Shown: piece by piece, positions 49,331 to 57,018 of the stretch
How the letters are laid out: each line of letters begins with the position of its first letter
How positions within the stretch are numbered: the stretch's first letter is position 1
Assembly: GCA_015493505.1 (NCBI GenBank)
Contig: WGDA01000005.1
Location: forward strand, 8,525 to 72,524
Source: Pseudomonadota bacterium
GTDB lineage: Bacteria; Desulfobacterota; S145-22
DNA length: 64,000 bases
Reading direction: 5' to 3'
Made by a program: the position numbers and the translations under genes
Notes under the pieces: model-generated
What the model was told of the DNA's origin: nothing
Databases searched by the model: none
What the model saw: only the letters and a program-made list of their open reading frames with translations

Positions 49331-50086
49331 ATGGCTTCCGACATCAACCGAGAAGAGACGCTCGACACTCTGGGGGCCCACCGGCTTCTCTTAAAGCAGC
49401 CGCGCGACGGCTATCGGTTTTCCATCGACAGCCTGCTCCTCTGGGGGTTTCTGCGCCCTGCGCCCCGGGAGCACTGGGTGGACCTTGGCACTGGCTGCGG
49501 TATTCTGGCCATTGCCCTGGCAAAAATCAATCATGTTTCGAAGGTAACGGCGGTGGAGATTCAGCCCACACTGGTGGCTTACGCCCGGGAGAACCTTCGC
49601 CTGAACCAGGTTGAGGACCAAATTCACCTGATTGAGGGGGATATCAGGAACACGTGGATCCTCCAGGAAATCGCCCCGGCTGATGGCGTCTGCGCCAACC
49701 CCCCTTATTACAAAACCTTTACCGGGAGACTCAACAAAAACCAGGAAAAGGCCCTCGCTCGGCACGAGATCATGGGCACCGTTGAGGATTTTCTTAAAAC
49801 GGGCCTTTCCCTCTTACGGAGAGGGGGGCAGTTCTCCACTATTCTGCCGGTGGCCCGCCTGACAGAGGCGTTGCCTCTTTTTTCAGCCGCGCGCCTGTAC
49901 CCCGCGCATATCCGTTTTGTGCATCCCTTTGACGATCAGCCTGCCACCCACTTCCTGATTACGGCGGTCAAGGGGAAACAGGAGGCGTTTACCCTCCACC
50001 CCCCTCTTATCCTCTATCAGGGCCAAAACTGCTATACCCCCGAACTCGATGCCCTGATGACGCTGAACCCCCTTCGATTTCCATAA
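49331..50086 (+). CDS. tRNA1(Val) (adenine37-N6)-methyltransferase-like N6-adenine methyltransferase (TrmN6/YfiC family).
   Basis: It has the SAM motif DLGTGCGILA and the N6-methyltransferase catalytic motif NPPY. Confidence 0.7.
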   Translation: MASDINREETLDTLGAHRLLLKQPRDGYRFSIDSLLLWGFLRPAPREHWVDLGTGCGILAIALAKINHVSKVTAVEIQPTLVAYARENLRLNQVEDQIHLIEGDIRNTWILQEIAPADGVCANPPYYKTFTGRLNKNQEKALARHEIMGTVEDFLKTGLSLLRRGGQFSTILPVARLTEALPLFSAARLYPAHIRFVHPFDDQPATHFLITAVKGKQEAFTLHPPLILYQGQNCYTPELDALMTLNPLRFP

Positions 50087-50224
50087 CCTCCCGCTGGCTG
50101 GTCTCTGATTTGTTAGCCATTTTCCCCGGGACATGCGCCCATTGCAATATCAAGTTGACAACAAACGGGTATCCGGTATATCTGAAGACGAGTAAGGAAC
50201 ACCTTCAACAAAAAGGAGTCGGGC

Positions 50225-50674
50225 ATGAGCCGGTTTGAACGGTGGATGCAATCCTTCCTGCGGGTATTATTCCGCTTCGATATCATTCTCCATATCCTCG
50301 TCGCGATTCTGCTCATCGCGCTTGTCCTCAGCATGGCCTTTTACACGGTCACCCATTTCAGGGTCTATTCCCCCAAAATGGTTCTCAGTGTCATTGATGA
50401 TGTCATGTTGATGCTCATTATCCTTGAGCTGCTCTGGCCGGTTTTGAGGTTTCTCCGCAAAGAGCCCTTTTCACTGAGTCCCTTCATCTATGTTGGAATA
50501 ATCTCCGGTGTGAGGAGAATTCTTTCCATCGAGGCGGCCGCGTCCATCGAACACGCCAGGGATTATTATCAACTTGCCGAGATCGGAGTCAGCGTGGGGG
50601 TGGTGCTGGTTCTCGCCATCACCCTCCTCCTATATGAAAAGTCGCGGAAAGACAGCGCCTTTGATGACGAATAA
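50225..50674 (+). CDS. psiE: PsiE-family phosphate-starvation-inducible membrane protein.
   Basis: It is 149 aa with 4 TM helices, PsiE-like sequence and the RBS AAGGAG. Confidence 0.55.
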   Translation: MSRFERWMQSFLRVLFRFDIILHILVAILLIALVLSMAFYTVTHFRVYSPKMVLSVIDDVMLMLIILELLWPVLRFLRKEPFSLSPFIYVGIISGVRRILSIEAAASIEHARDYYQLAEIGVSVGVVLVLAITLLLYEKSRKDSAFDDE

Positions 50675-50754
50675 GGGATTTCGTTTGACTTTCCCCGGGA
50701 CTTGGTCTAAAATTTATTAAACGTCAGTTAAAAAAGTCATAAAGGAGGTTGGTT

Positions 50755-51615
50755 ATGGACATCAAGACAATCGGAGTCGTTGGCGCCGGCGCGATGGGTA
50801 GCGGAATCGCCCAGGTGGCGGCCACCGCTGGGTATCAGGTGATTATGCGGGATATTGAAGACCGTTTCGTGGAAAGAGGCCTCAGCGGAATCGACAAATT
50901 CCTGTCACGGAGCGTGCAGAAAGGAAAGGTTACGGAAGACCAGAAAAAAGAAATCTTGGGACGGATTAAAGGGACAACCAATCTGGAAGACCTAAAAGAC
51001 GCGGATTACGTGATTGAGGCGGTCATTGAGAACCTTGACCTGAAAAAAGAGGTCTTCAAGGCCCTGGATGAAATGTGCCGGCCCGAGGTGATTCTGACAA
51101 GCAACACCTCATCCATGTCCATCACCGAAATCGCCTCGGCCACCAAACGCCCTGACAAAGTAGCTGGAATGCATTTCTTCAACCCGGCTCCCATCATGAA
51201 ACTCGTGGAAATCATCCACGGATTCAACACCAGTGATGATACGATTAAGGTTATTTTTGACGTCACGGAGAAAATGGGCAAGGTGGCTGTCGAGGTGAAA
51301 AAAGACAGCCCGGGCTTTATCGTGAACCGTATCATGATTCCTCACATGATCGAGGCCATCAAGATCGTGGAAGAGGGAATCGCCACGCCGGAAGATGTGG
51401 ATAAGGCGGTCAAATTGGGGCTGAATTATCCGATGGGCCCCTTCGAGCTCATGGACCTTACGGGCATTGACATTGCCTACCACGTCACGGAATATTTCTA
51501 CAAAGAGCTGAACAAAGAGCAGAAATGGGTCTCCCCGAACCTGTTGAAGACCATGATCCGCGCGGGACGCCTCGGGAAGAAAACGGGTGCCGGCTGGTAT
51601 GATCATGACAAATAG
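50755..51615 (+). CDS. hbd: 3-hydroxybutyryl-CoA dehydrogenase (3-hydroxyacyl-CoA dehydrogenase, NAD-binding).
   Basis: It has the Rossmann motif GVVGAGAMGSGIAQV and a 3HCDH C-terminal domain. The ATG at 50755 is preceded by the RBS AAGGAGG. Confidence 0.85.
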   Translation: MDIKTIGVVGAGAMGSGIAQVAATAGYQVIMRDIEDRFVERGLSGIDKFLSRSVQKGKVTEDQKKEILGRIKGTTNLEDLKDADYVIEAVIENLDLKKEVFKALDEMCRPEVILTSNTSSMSITEIASATKRPDKVAGMHFFNPAPIMKLVEIIHGFNTSDDTIKVIFDVTEKMGKVAVEVKKDSPGFIVNRIMIPHMIEAIKIVEEGIATPEDVDKAVKLGLNYPMGPFELMDLTGIDIAYHVTEYFYKELNKEQKWVSPNLLKTMIRAGRLGKKTGAGWYDHDK

Positions 51616-51686
51616 GCTCTTGCTTTAAAAGCGATGTAACGGGGAGCCTGGGGCTCCCCGTTTGTCAAAAGGATATTTTCTCTGAA

Positions 51687-52478
51687 ATGGCACACGCGTC
51701 CCCCATCCTGTTTGATACCCATGCTCACCTTGGGCTGGAGCACACGTACGATGTCGATCTCGAAGAGGTCATCCGACGTGCCCATGCGGCGGGCGTTCGG
51801 TATATCGCCACGGTGGGCATCGACGTAGCGGAGAGCCGAAAGGCCATTGAGATCGCCCAGTCACATGAAGACGTGTTTGCTGTCGTGGGTGTGCATCCTC
51901 ATGAGGCGAAAAGTGTCACCGGCAAAACACTGGAAACGATGGAGAGGCTGGCGCGGCGGGAAAAGGTGGTCGCCTATGGGGAAATAGGCCTTGATTTTTA
52001 TCGGAATCGTTCCCCGAAGGCCACCCAGATGACCGTCTTCCGGGAACAGATCCAGCTTGCCAAAAGCCTCCGGCTTCCCATCGTCATTCACGACAGGGAA
52101 GCCCATGCTGAGACCCTGAAAATCCTGAAAGAAGAAAAAGCGCAGGACGTGGGAGGTATTCTGCACTGCTTCAGCGGAGATGTCAGGATGGCATGGGAGT
52201 GTATTACCCTGGGATTTTTCATCTCCATCCCCGGGACCGTCACCTTCAAAAACGCCAGAATAATCCAGGAGGTCGTTTGTGAAATCCCCCTGGACTACTT
52301 GTTGACGGAAACGGACTGCCCCTTTCTGACACCCGTCCCCCACCGGGGAGAAAGAAACGAACCCGCTTATGTCCGGTATACGGCTGAGACCATTGCCAGA
52401 CTTAAGGCGATATCCTTTGAGACCGTGGCGGAGGCCACGACCCGGAACGCCCAAACGGTTTTCCGAATAGCCCCTTAA
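51687..52478 (+). CDS. tatD: TatD-family metal-dependent hydrolase (DNase).
   Basis: It has FDTHAHL and HxH motifs, is 263 aa and has the TatD pattern. Confidence 0.8.
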   Translation: MAHASPILFDTHAHLGLEHTYDVDLEEVIRRAHAAGVRYIATVGIDVAESRKAIEIAQSHEDVFAVVGVHPHEAKSVTGKTLETMERLARREKVVAYGEIGLDFYRNRSPKATQMTVFREQIQLAKSLRLPIVIHDREAHAETLKILKEEKAQDVGGILHCFSGDVRMAWECITLGFFISIPGTVTFKNARIIQEVVCEIPLDYLLTETDCPFLTPVPHRGERNEPAYVRYTAETIARLKAISFETVAEATTRNAQTVFRIAP

Positions 52479-52494
52479 ACAGAGGAAACGACCC

Positions 52495-53058
52495 ATGCCT
52501 TGCGCCTTTATCGTTGTCGATATGCTTGTGGGATCTTTCACGAATCCGGATGCCCCGCTGAGCCGGCAGGCGAAAAGGATTATACCCGTGATTCAGCAAA
52601 CCTTGCGAACCGCCCGTTCTGAAGGCGCTCCCGTCATTTATGCCTGTGACAGCTTCCTGTCCGGTGATTTTATCTTCAAAGGCCGGATGAGGGAACACGC
52701 CATCCGCGGAACGGAGGAAGTCCGCGTCATTTCGGAGCTCGCGCCGCAACCCGGTGACACCATTCTGGAAAAACGGCGATTCAGCGCCTTTTTCAAGACC
52801 GACCTGGATCAGACTCTCAGGCTGTGGGGCGTGGATACCGTTGCCGTCATGGGAGTCACTACCCACGTCTGCGTGTTGACGACCGCCTTGGATGCCATCG
52901 CCAACGATTTCGCCTGTATCATCATTGAGGACGGCTGTTGCTCCCACAAGGAAGAAATCCACCAGGGAGTTCTCAACGCCTACCGGCACTCCGCCCTCTA
53001 TCCCCTCCTACGAGTTTTGCCGGCGGGAGAGGCTTTAAAGGAATGTTTTCATGATTGA
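52495..53058 (+). CDS. Isochorismatase-family cysteine hydrolase.
   Basis: It has the isochorismatase fold with the catalytic Cys in GVTTHVCVLTTALDA. Confidence 0.7.
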   Translation: MPCAFIVVDMLVGSFTNPDAPLSRQAKRIIPVIQQTLRTARSEGAPVIYACDSFLSGDFIFKGRMREHAIRGTEEVRVISELAPQPGDTILEKRRFSAFFKTDLDQTLRLWGVDTVAVMGVTTHVCVLTTALDAIANDFACIIIEDGCCSHKEEIHQGVLNAYRHSALYPLLRVLPAGEALKECFHD

Positions 53059-53623
53059 ACAGGTCAAAAAAGCGATCGCGTCCCGCCCCAAACGCTATCT
53101 GCCGGTTGATGGCCTGAAGCCTGCCGCGGTAACGGTCCCCCTCTTTCTGAAGGGCGATGAATGGCATGTTCTCTTAACGCGCAGGACCCAGGAAGTGCGG
53201 CATCACAAGGGCGAAATCTCTTTCCCCGGCGGAGCGGTGGACCCACAAGACGCCTCCCTCCTGGAGACGGCCCTCCGTGAAACGGAGGAAGAGGTGGGTA
53301 TCCATAGAAAGGATGTAACCTTTCTTGGTGAGTTGAACGATATTCAGACCATGTCCCGTTTTCGGATCAGCCCCTTTGTTATTGTGTTTCCCTATCCTTA
53401 TCCTTTTCAGGTCTGCCGCGCCGAGATTGATGAGCTTCTCGAAATTCCCCTCGGGAGGCTTCAGCGCGACGCCAGACTGGAGGAAAAAACGGCGGAATAC
53501 GAGGGACTGCGTGCCAAGATTTATTTCTATTATTTTCGCGATGTCGTAATCTGGGGCGCCACGGCGAAAATTCTCAAGCAGTTGTTTGATCTCGTGGATT
53601 TTTCGCGGGACCTCCGTGAATGA
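53051..53623 (+). CDS. NUDIX hydrolase, CoA pyrophosphatase-like (NudL/YeaB type).
   Basis: It has the Nudix box GEISFPGGAVDPQDASLLETALRETEEEVG. Confidence 0.75.
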   Translation: MIEQVKKAIASRPKRYLPVDGLKPAAVTVPLFLKGDEWHVLLTRRTQEVRHHKGEISFPGGAVDPQDASLLETALRETEEEVGIHRKDVTFLGELNDIQTMSRFRISPFVIVFPYPYPFQVCRAEIDELLEIPLGRLQRDARLEEKTAEYEGLRAKIYFYYFRDVVIWGATAKILKQLFDLVDFSRDLRE

Positions 53624-53634
53624 AGTGATGGTTT

Positions 53635-53880
53635 GTGGCAATGAGAGAGTGGTTAAAAATCGCTTTTCGAAGGGATGTCTGCCTCAGAGGACTCAGGGTG
53701 GCAGGCGTGGTGGGAACGCTCTTGGTCATCATCAATCAGGGAGACCTGCTTTTCCATGGGCAATGGTCCATTCGGCAGGGGGTTAAAATCGTGTTGACCT
53801 ATTTCGTGCCCTACGGCGTTTCCACTTACGCGAGCGTTGCTTCCATCCGCAAGATGGAGAGAGAAGGGGGATCACGCTAA
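53635..53880 (+). CDS. NrtS-family small membrane protein.
   Basis: It is about 80 aa. The pattern LRVAGVVGTLLVIINQGD...KIVLTYFVPYGVSTYASV matches my recollection of the NrtS family. The start is ambiguous (GTG at 53635 or ATG at 53641). Confidence 0.45.
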   Translation: MAMREWLKIAFRRDVCLRGLRVAGVVGTLLVIINQGDLLFHGQWSIRQGVKIVLTYFVPYGVSTYASVASIRKMEREGGSR

Positions 53881-53925
53881 ACAACCATGAAGAAAAGGCG
53901 GAAGTTTAAAAATACCTTGTCAGAG

Positions 53926-53949
53926 TTGACATTTTGTGCTATTGCACAA
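53926..53949 (+). promoter_or_regulatory. TTGACA -35-like hexamer immediately followed by a perfect 16-bp palindrome, TTGTGCTATTGCACAA (53934..53949). It is a candidate operator or promoter for the decarboxylase-like operon.
   Basis: It was read directly. It is 28 bp upstream of the small-ORF ATG at 53978, which has the RBS GAGGAGG. Confidence 0.5.
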
Positions 53950-53977
53950 AACCGCCTGTAAGAGGAGGAAAAAGAAC

Positions 53978-54112
53978 ATGTATAACTGGGATCTGGCCTT
54001 CAAGGTTTTTTTCTACGGTTTTTCAGGGGTCTTCATCTGTCTGATCATCCTGATGTTTTTCGTTCAGATCAGCGGCATGGTCTTTAAAAACTTCAGAAAG
54101 AAAAAATCTTAG
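53978..54112 (+). CDS. Small single-TM membrane protein (44 aa). It is a candidate OadG-like gamma subunit of the Na+-translocating decarboxylase and is not in the supplied ORF track.
   Basis: The ATG at 53978 is preceded by a strong RBS AGAGGAGGAA. The product MYNWDLAFKVFFYGFSGVFICLIILMFFVQISGMVFKNFRKKKS is one hydrophobic helix plus a basic tail. The gene lies directly upstream of the beta-subunit gene, as oadG does. Confidence 0.5.
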   Translation: MYNWDLAFKVFFYGFSGVFICLIILMFFVQISGMVFKNFRKKKS

Positions 54113-54170
54113 GCCACTGGCGCTTCGTGGCCTGAGTTAACCCATCAGCCTTTTCTGCGAGGAGACGAAG

Positions 54171-55289
54171 ATGGACGCTTTTTCAATCCACACCCTGTTG
54201 CTGAAGACGGGAATCCTGCATCTCACTTATGGCCATGTCATCATGTGGGCGATTGGGTTTCTGTTTGTCTATCTCGGCATCAAAAAGAATTTCGAGCCGC
54301 TGCTCCTGGTTCCTATCGGGTTTGGCATCTTTATCGTAAACCTTCCCCTGGCCCCTCTGGCGGGAAAGGGAGACCTGATCTGGATATTTTATCATTACGG
54401 CCTGGAGTGGGAGGTCATCCCCCCGCTGATTTTCATGGGTGTCGGGGCGCTAACGGATTTTGGCCCCCTCATCGCGAACCCTAAGACCTTGTTGCTGGGT
54501 TCCGCCGCGCAGTTTGGGGTTTACGTGACCTTTTTCGGCGCCATCGCGCTGGGGTTCACCGTGAAGGAAGCCGCTTCCATCGGAATCATCGGGGGCGCCG
54601 ATGGGCCCACCTGCATCTATCTGACCGCCAAGCTTGCCCCTCGGCTGCTGGGCGCCAACGCCATTGCCGCTTACTCCTATATGGCCATGGTTCCTCTCAT
54701 TCAACCCCCTATCATGCGGCTGATGACGACCAAAAAAGAACGACAAATCGTGATGAAACAGCTCCGGCCAGTCTCCAAGCTGGAGAAAATCTTGTTTCCC
54801 ATGATCGCCACGCTGGTCATCTGCCTGCTCGTCCCGGAATCCGCCCCCCTCATGGCGATGCTTATGCTTGGGAACCTTTTCCGTGAGTGTGGTGTGGTTC
54901 AGCGCCTTTCTCACGCGGCGCAAAACGAGCTGCTCAACATCCTGACCATCTTTCTGGGAATTGCTGTCGGCACCACCATGCGGGCGGAGACCTTCCTGAA
55001 CCCCCAGCCGATTTTCATTTTCATCCTTGGCCTGTTCGCTTTCTCTTTCAGCACCGTGGGTGGCCTGTTGATGGCAAAATTCATGAACCTTTTTCTGAAG
55101 GACAAGATTAATCCCTTGATCGGTTCGGCGGGAGTGTCCGCCGTTCCAATGGCCGCCCGAGTGTCCCAGGTGGAAGGGCAAAGAGAGAACCCGAGAAACT
55201 TCCTCCTGATGCACGCGATGGGACCCAATGTGGCGGGTGTTATCGGAACAGCCACGGCGGCGGGGATGTTTCTGGCCCTTCTCAAATAA
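54171..55289 (+). CDS. oadB: Na+-translocating decarboxylase beta subunit (OadB/GcdB/MmdB family).
   Basis: It is 372 aa, polytopic, with the OadB-family sequence and the RBS GAGGAGA. Confidence 0.85.
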   Translation: MDAFSIHTLLLKTGILHLTYGHVIMWAIGFLFVYLGIKKNFEPLLLVPIGFGIFIVNLPLAPLAGKGDLIWIFYHYGLEWEVIPPLIFMGVGALTDFGPLIANPKTLLLGSAAQFGVYVTFFGAIALGFTVKEAASIGIIGGADGPTCIYLTAKLAPRLLGANAIAAYSYMAMVPLIQPPIMRLMTTKKERQIVMKQLRPVSKLEKILFPMIATLVICLLVPESAPLMAMLMLGNLFRECGVVQRLSHAAQNELLNILTIFLGIAVGTTMRAETFLNPQPIFIFILGLFAFSFSTVGGLLMAKFMNLFLKDKINPLIGSAGVSAVPMAARVSQVEGQRENPRNFLLMHAMGPNVAGVIGTATAAGMFLALLK

Positions 55290-55362
55290 GACTTGACAAT
55301 GATAACGTTTACAAATAAAAGGGTGGTTGTGACCACCCTTTTATTGTAACAAGGAGGAGAAA

Positions 55363-56856
55363 ATGGAAGCGAAAAATCCGGTCAAGATTACGGATACCAC
55401 ATTACGGGATGGGCACCAGTCCATCTTCGCCACGCGCATGCGCACGGAAGACATGATCCCCATCGCGGAGAAAATCGACCAGATGGGATACCATTCTGTC
55501 GAGATGTGGGGTGGAGCCACGTTCGACGTCATGCACAGGTTTCTGGGGGAGGATCCGTGGGAACGGATTAGAACCCTGAGGAAACACATGCCCAATACCC
55601 CGTTCCAGATGCTTTTAAGGGGCCAAAATCTGGTGGGGTACCGGAACTATCCCGACGACGTCGTGGAGGCGTTCGTGCAGACGGCCTGCGACGTGGGGAT
55701 CGATATCTTTCGTGTCTTCGATTCCGTGAACGATGAACGCAATTTTGAAACCTGTTTCAGAGTCATCAAGAAGAATGGGAAACACATCCAGGGAACCGTC
55801 TGCTATTCCCTCACGGAAAGGCGGCTGGGGGGCCCTATCTATAACATTGACTATTTTGTAAACAAGGCCCTGAAGATTCAGGAGATGGGCGCGGACTCCA
55901 TCTGCATCAAGGACCAGGCGGGTTTGATCTCTCCCTATGACGCCTATGAACTAATCAAGGCCCTGAAGGAAAAGCTGGATGTTCCCGTGCAGTTGCATAC
56001 CCACTTCACCAGTGGCATGGGCGCCCTTTCGCTGCTGAAGGCGGTCGAGGCGGGTGTGGACGTCATCGACCTGGCCACGGCTCCCTTTGGGATGCGTACC
56101 TCTGAACCCGCCATGGAGCCTTTCATCGTGGCGCTTCAGGGAACGGGACGGGACCCGGGCCTCGATCTGAACAAAGTCTTCGAGATAGGGAATTATCTGG
56201 AAACCATTATTCCGAAATATAAGAGATTCGCGGATCAGACCCGGTTTTCTGTCATCGACACCACCGTTCTGGTTCATCAGATTCCTGGCGGCATGACAAC
56301 CAACCTTGTCAACCAGCTCAAGCAGGCGAAGGCGCTTCACCGACTTCCGGAGGTTCACAAGGAAGTCGCCCAGGTTCGGAGTGAGCTGGGATACCCTCCA
56401 CTTGTGACCCCATCCAGTCAACTGGTTGGCGCCCAGGCGGTTATGAACGTCCTGTTTGGACGCTATAAAATGATTACCAACCAGACGAAGGACTATGTCT
56501 TCGGACTGTACGGCAAGCCACCCGTCCCGGTGGATCCGGAGATACAGAAACTCGTTCTGAAAGGGTATCCCCGGGGAGAGACGCCCATCACCTGCCGGGC
56601 GGCGGACCTTCTGGAACCGGAGCTCGACAAGGCGAAGGAAGCCACGAAAGACCTGGCCAAGTCCCTCGAGGATGTCCTGATCTACGCCCTCTTCCCCACC
56701 ACTGGGTTACAGTTCCTGAAATGGAAGTATGGTGTTGAACCGATGCCCGACAGTGTCAAGCCCGTGACCCTGGAAGACGTCCAGAAGGAAGAGGAGCTGG
56801 TACGACTCGCGAGGGAAGGGAAACTCATCCGGAAAGAGGACTGCCCCAACGGGTAA
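55363..56856 (+). CDS. oadA: Oxaloacetate decarboxylase alpha / pyruvate carboxylase subunit B-type carboxyltransferase (5S-type TIM barrel). It lacks a C-terminal biotinyl (BCCP) domain.
   Basis: The N-terminus VKITDTTLRDGHQS is the HMGL-like carboxyltransferase signature. The protein is 497 aa and ends without an AMKM biotinylation motif. Confidence 0.8.
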   Translation: MEAKNPVKITDTTLRDGHQSIFATRMRTEDMIPIAEKIDQMGYHSVEMWGGATFDVMHRFLGEDPWERIRTLRKHMPNTPFQMLLRGQNLVGYRNYPDDVVEAFVQTACDVGIDIFRVFDSVNDERNFETCFRVIKKNGKHIQGTVCYSLTERRLGGPIYNIDYFVNKALKIQEMGADSICIKDQAGLISPYDAYELIKALKEKLDVPVQLHTHFTSGMGALSLLKAVEAGVDVIDLATAPFGMRTSEPAMEPFIVALQGTGRDPGLDLNKVFEIGNYLETIIPKYKRFADQTRFSVIDTTVLVHQIPGGMTTNLVNQLKQAKALHRLPEVHKEVAQVRSELGYPPLVTPSSQLVGAQAVMNVLFGRYKMITNQTKDYVFGLYGKPPVPVDPEIQKLVLKGYPRGETPITCRAADLLEPELDKAKEATKDLAKSLEDVLIYALFPTTGLQFLKWKYGVEPMPDSVKPVTLEDVQKEEELVRLAREGKLIRKEDCPNG

Positions 56857-56870
56857 GGGCCACCAACAAG

Positions 56871-56928
56871 CCGGGGAAAGGACAGGCGCGAGCCTTTGGG
56901 GTTTAGTGTGTTTAGTGTCCTTCCCCGG
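56871..56928 (+). terminator. Long imperfect stem-loop (CCGGGGAAAGGACA ... TGTCCTTCCCCGG) after the carboxyltransferase gene. It is a possible terminator or processing site and contains a GTTTAGTGT x2 direct repeat.
   Basis: It was read directly. There is no clear U-tract. Confidence 0.3.
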
Positions 56929-57018
56929 CACACCAGACCAGATTACTTGAAAAAACCACTCAAAAAGGCTACATTGGAAATGTGTATCTGCATCTAATCG
57001 TGGCGGGAGGAGATTACA

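Noticed and set aside
50749-50754. Track start codons TTG/GTG for hbd at 50749 (the same applies to dsrE-like at 45607 and lysS at 34157).
   Set aside because: In each case an in-frame ATG a few codons downstream is preceded by a canonical AAGGAGG-type RBS at 6-10 nt spacing, so the shorter start was preferred.
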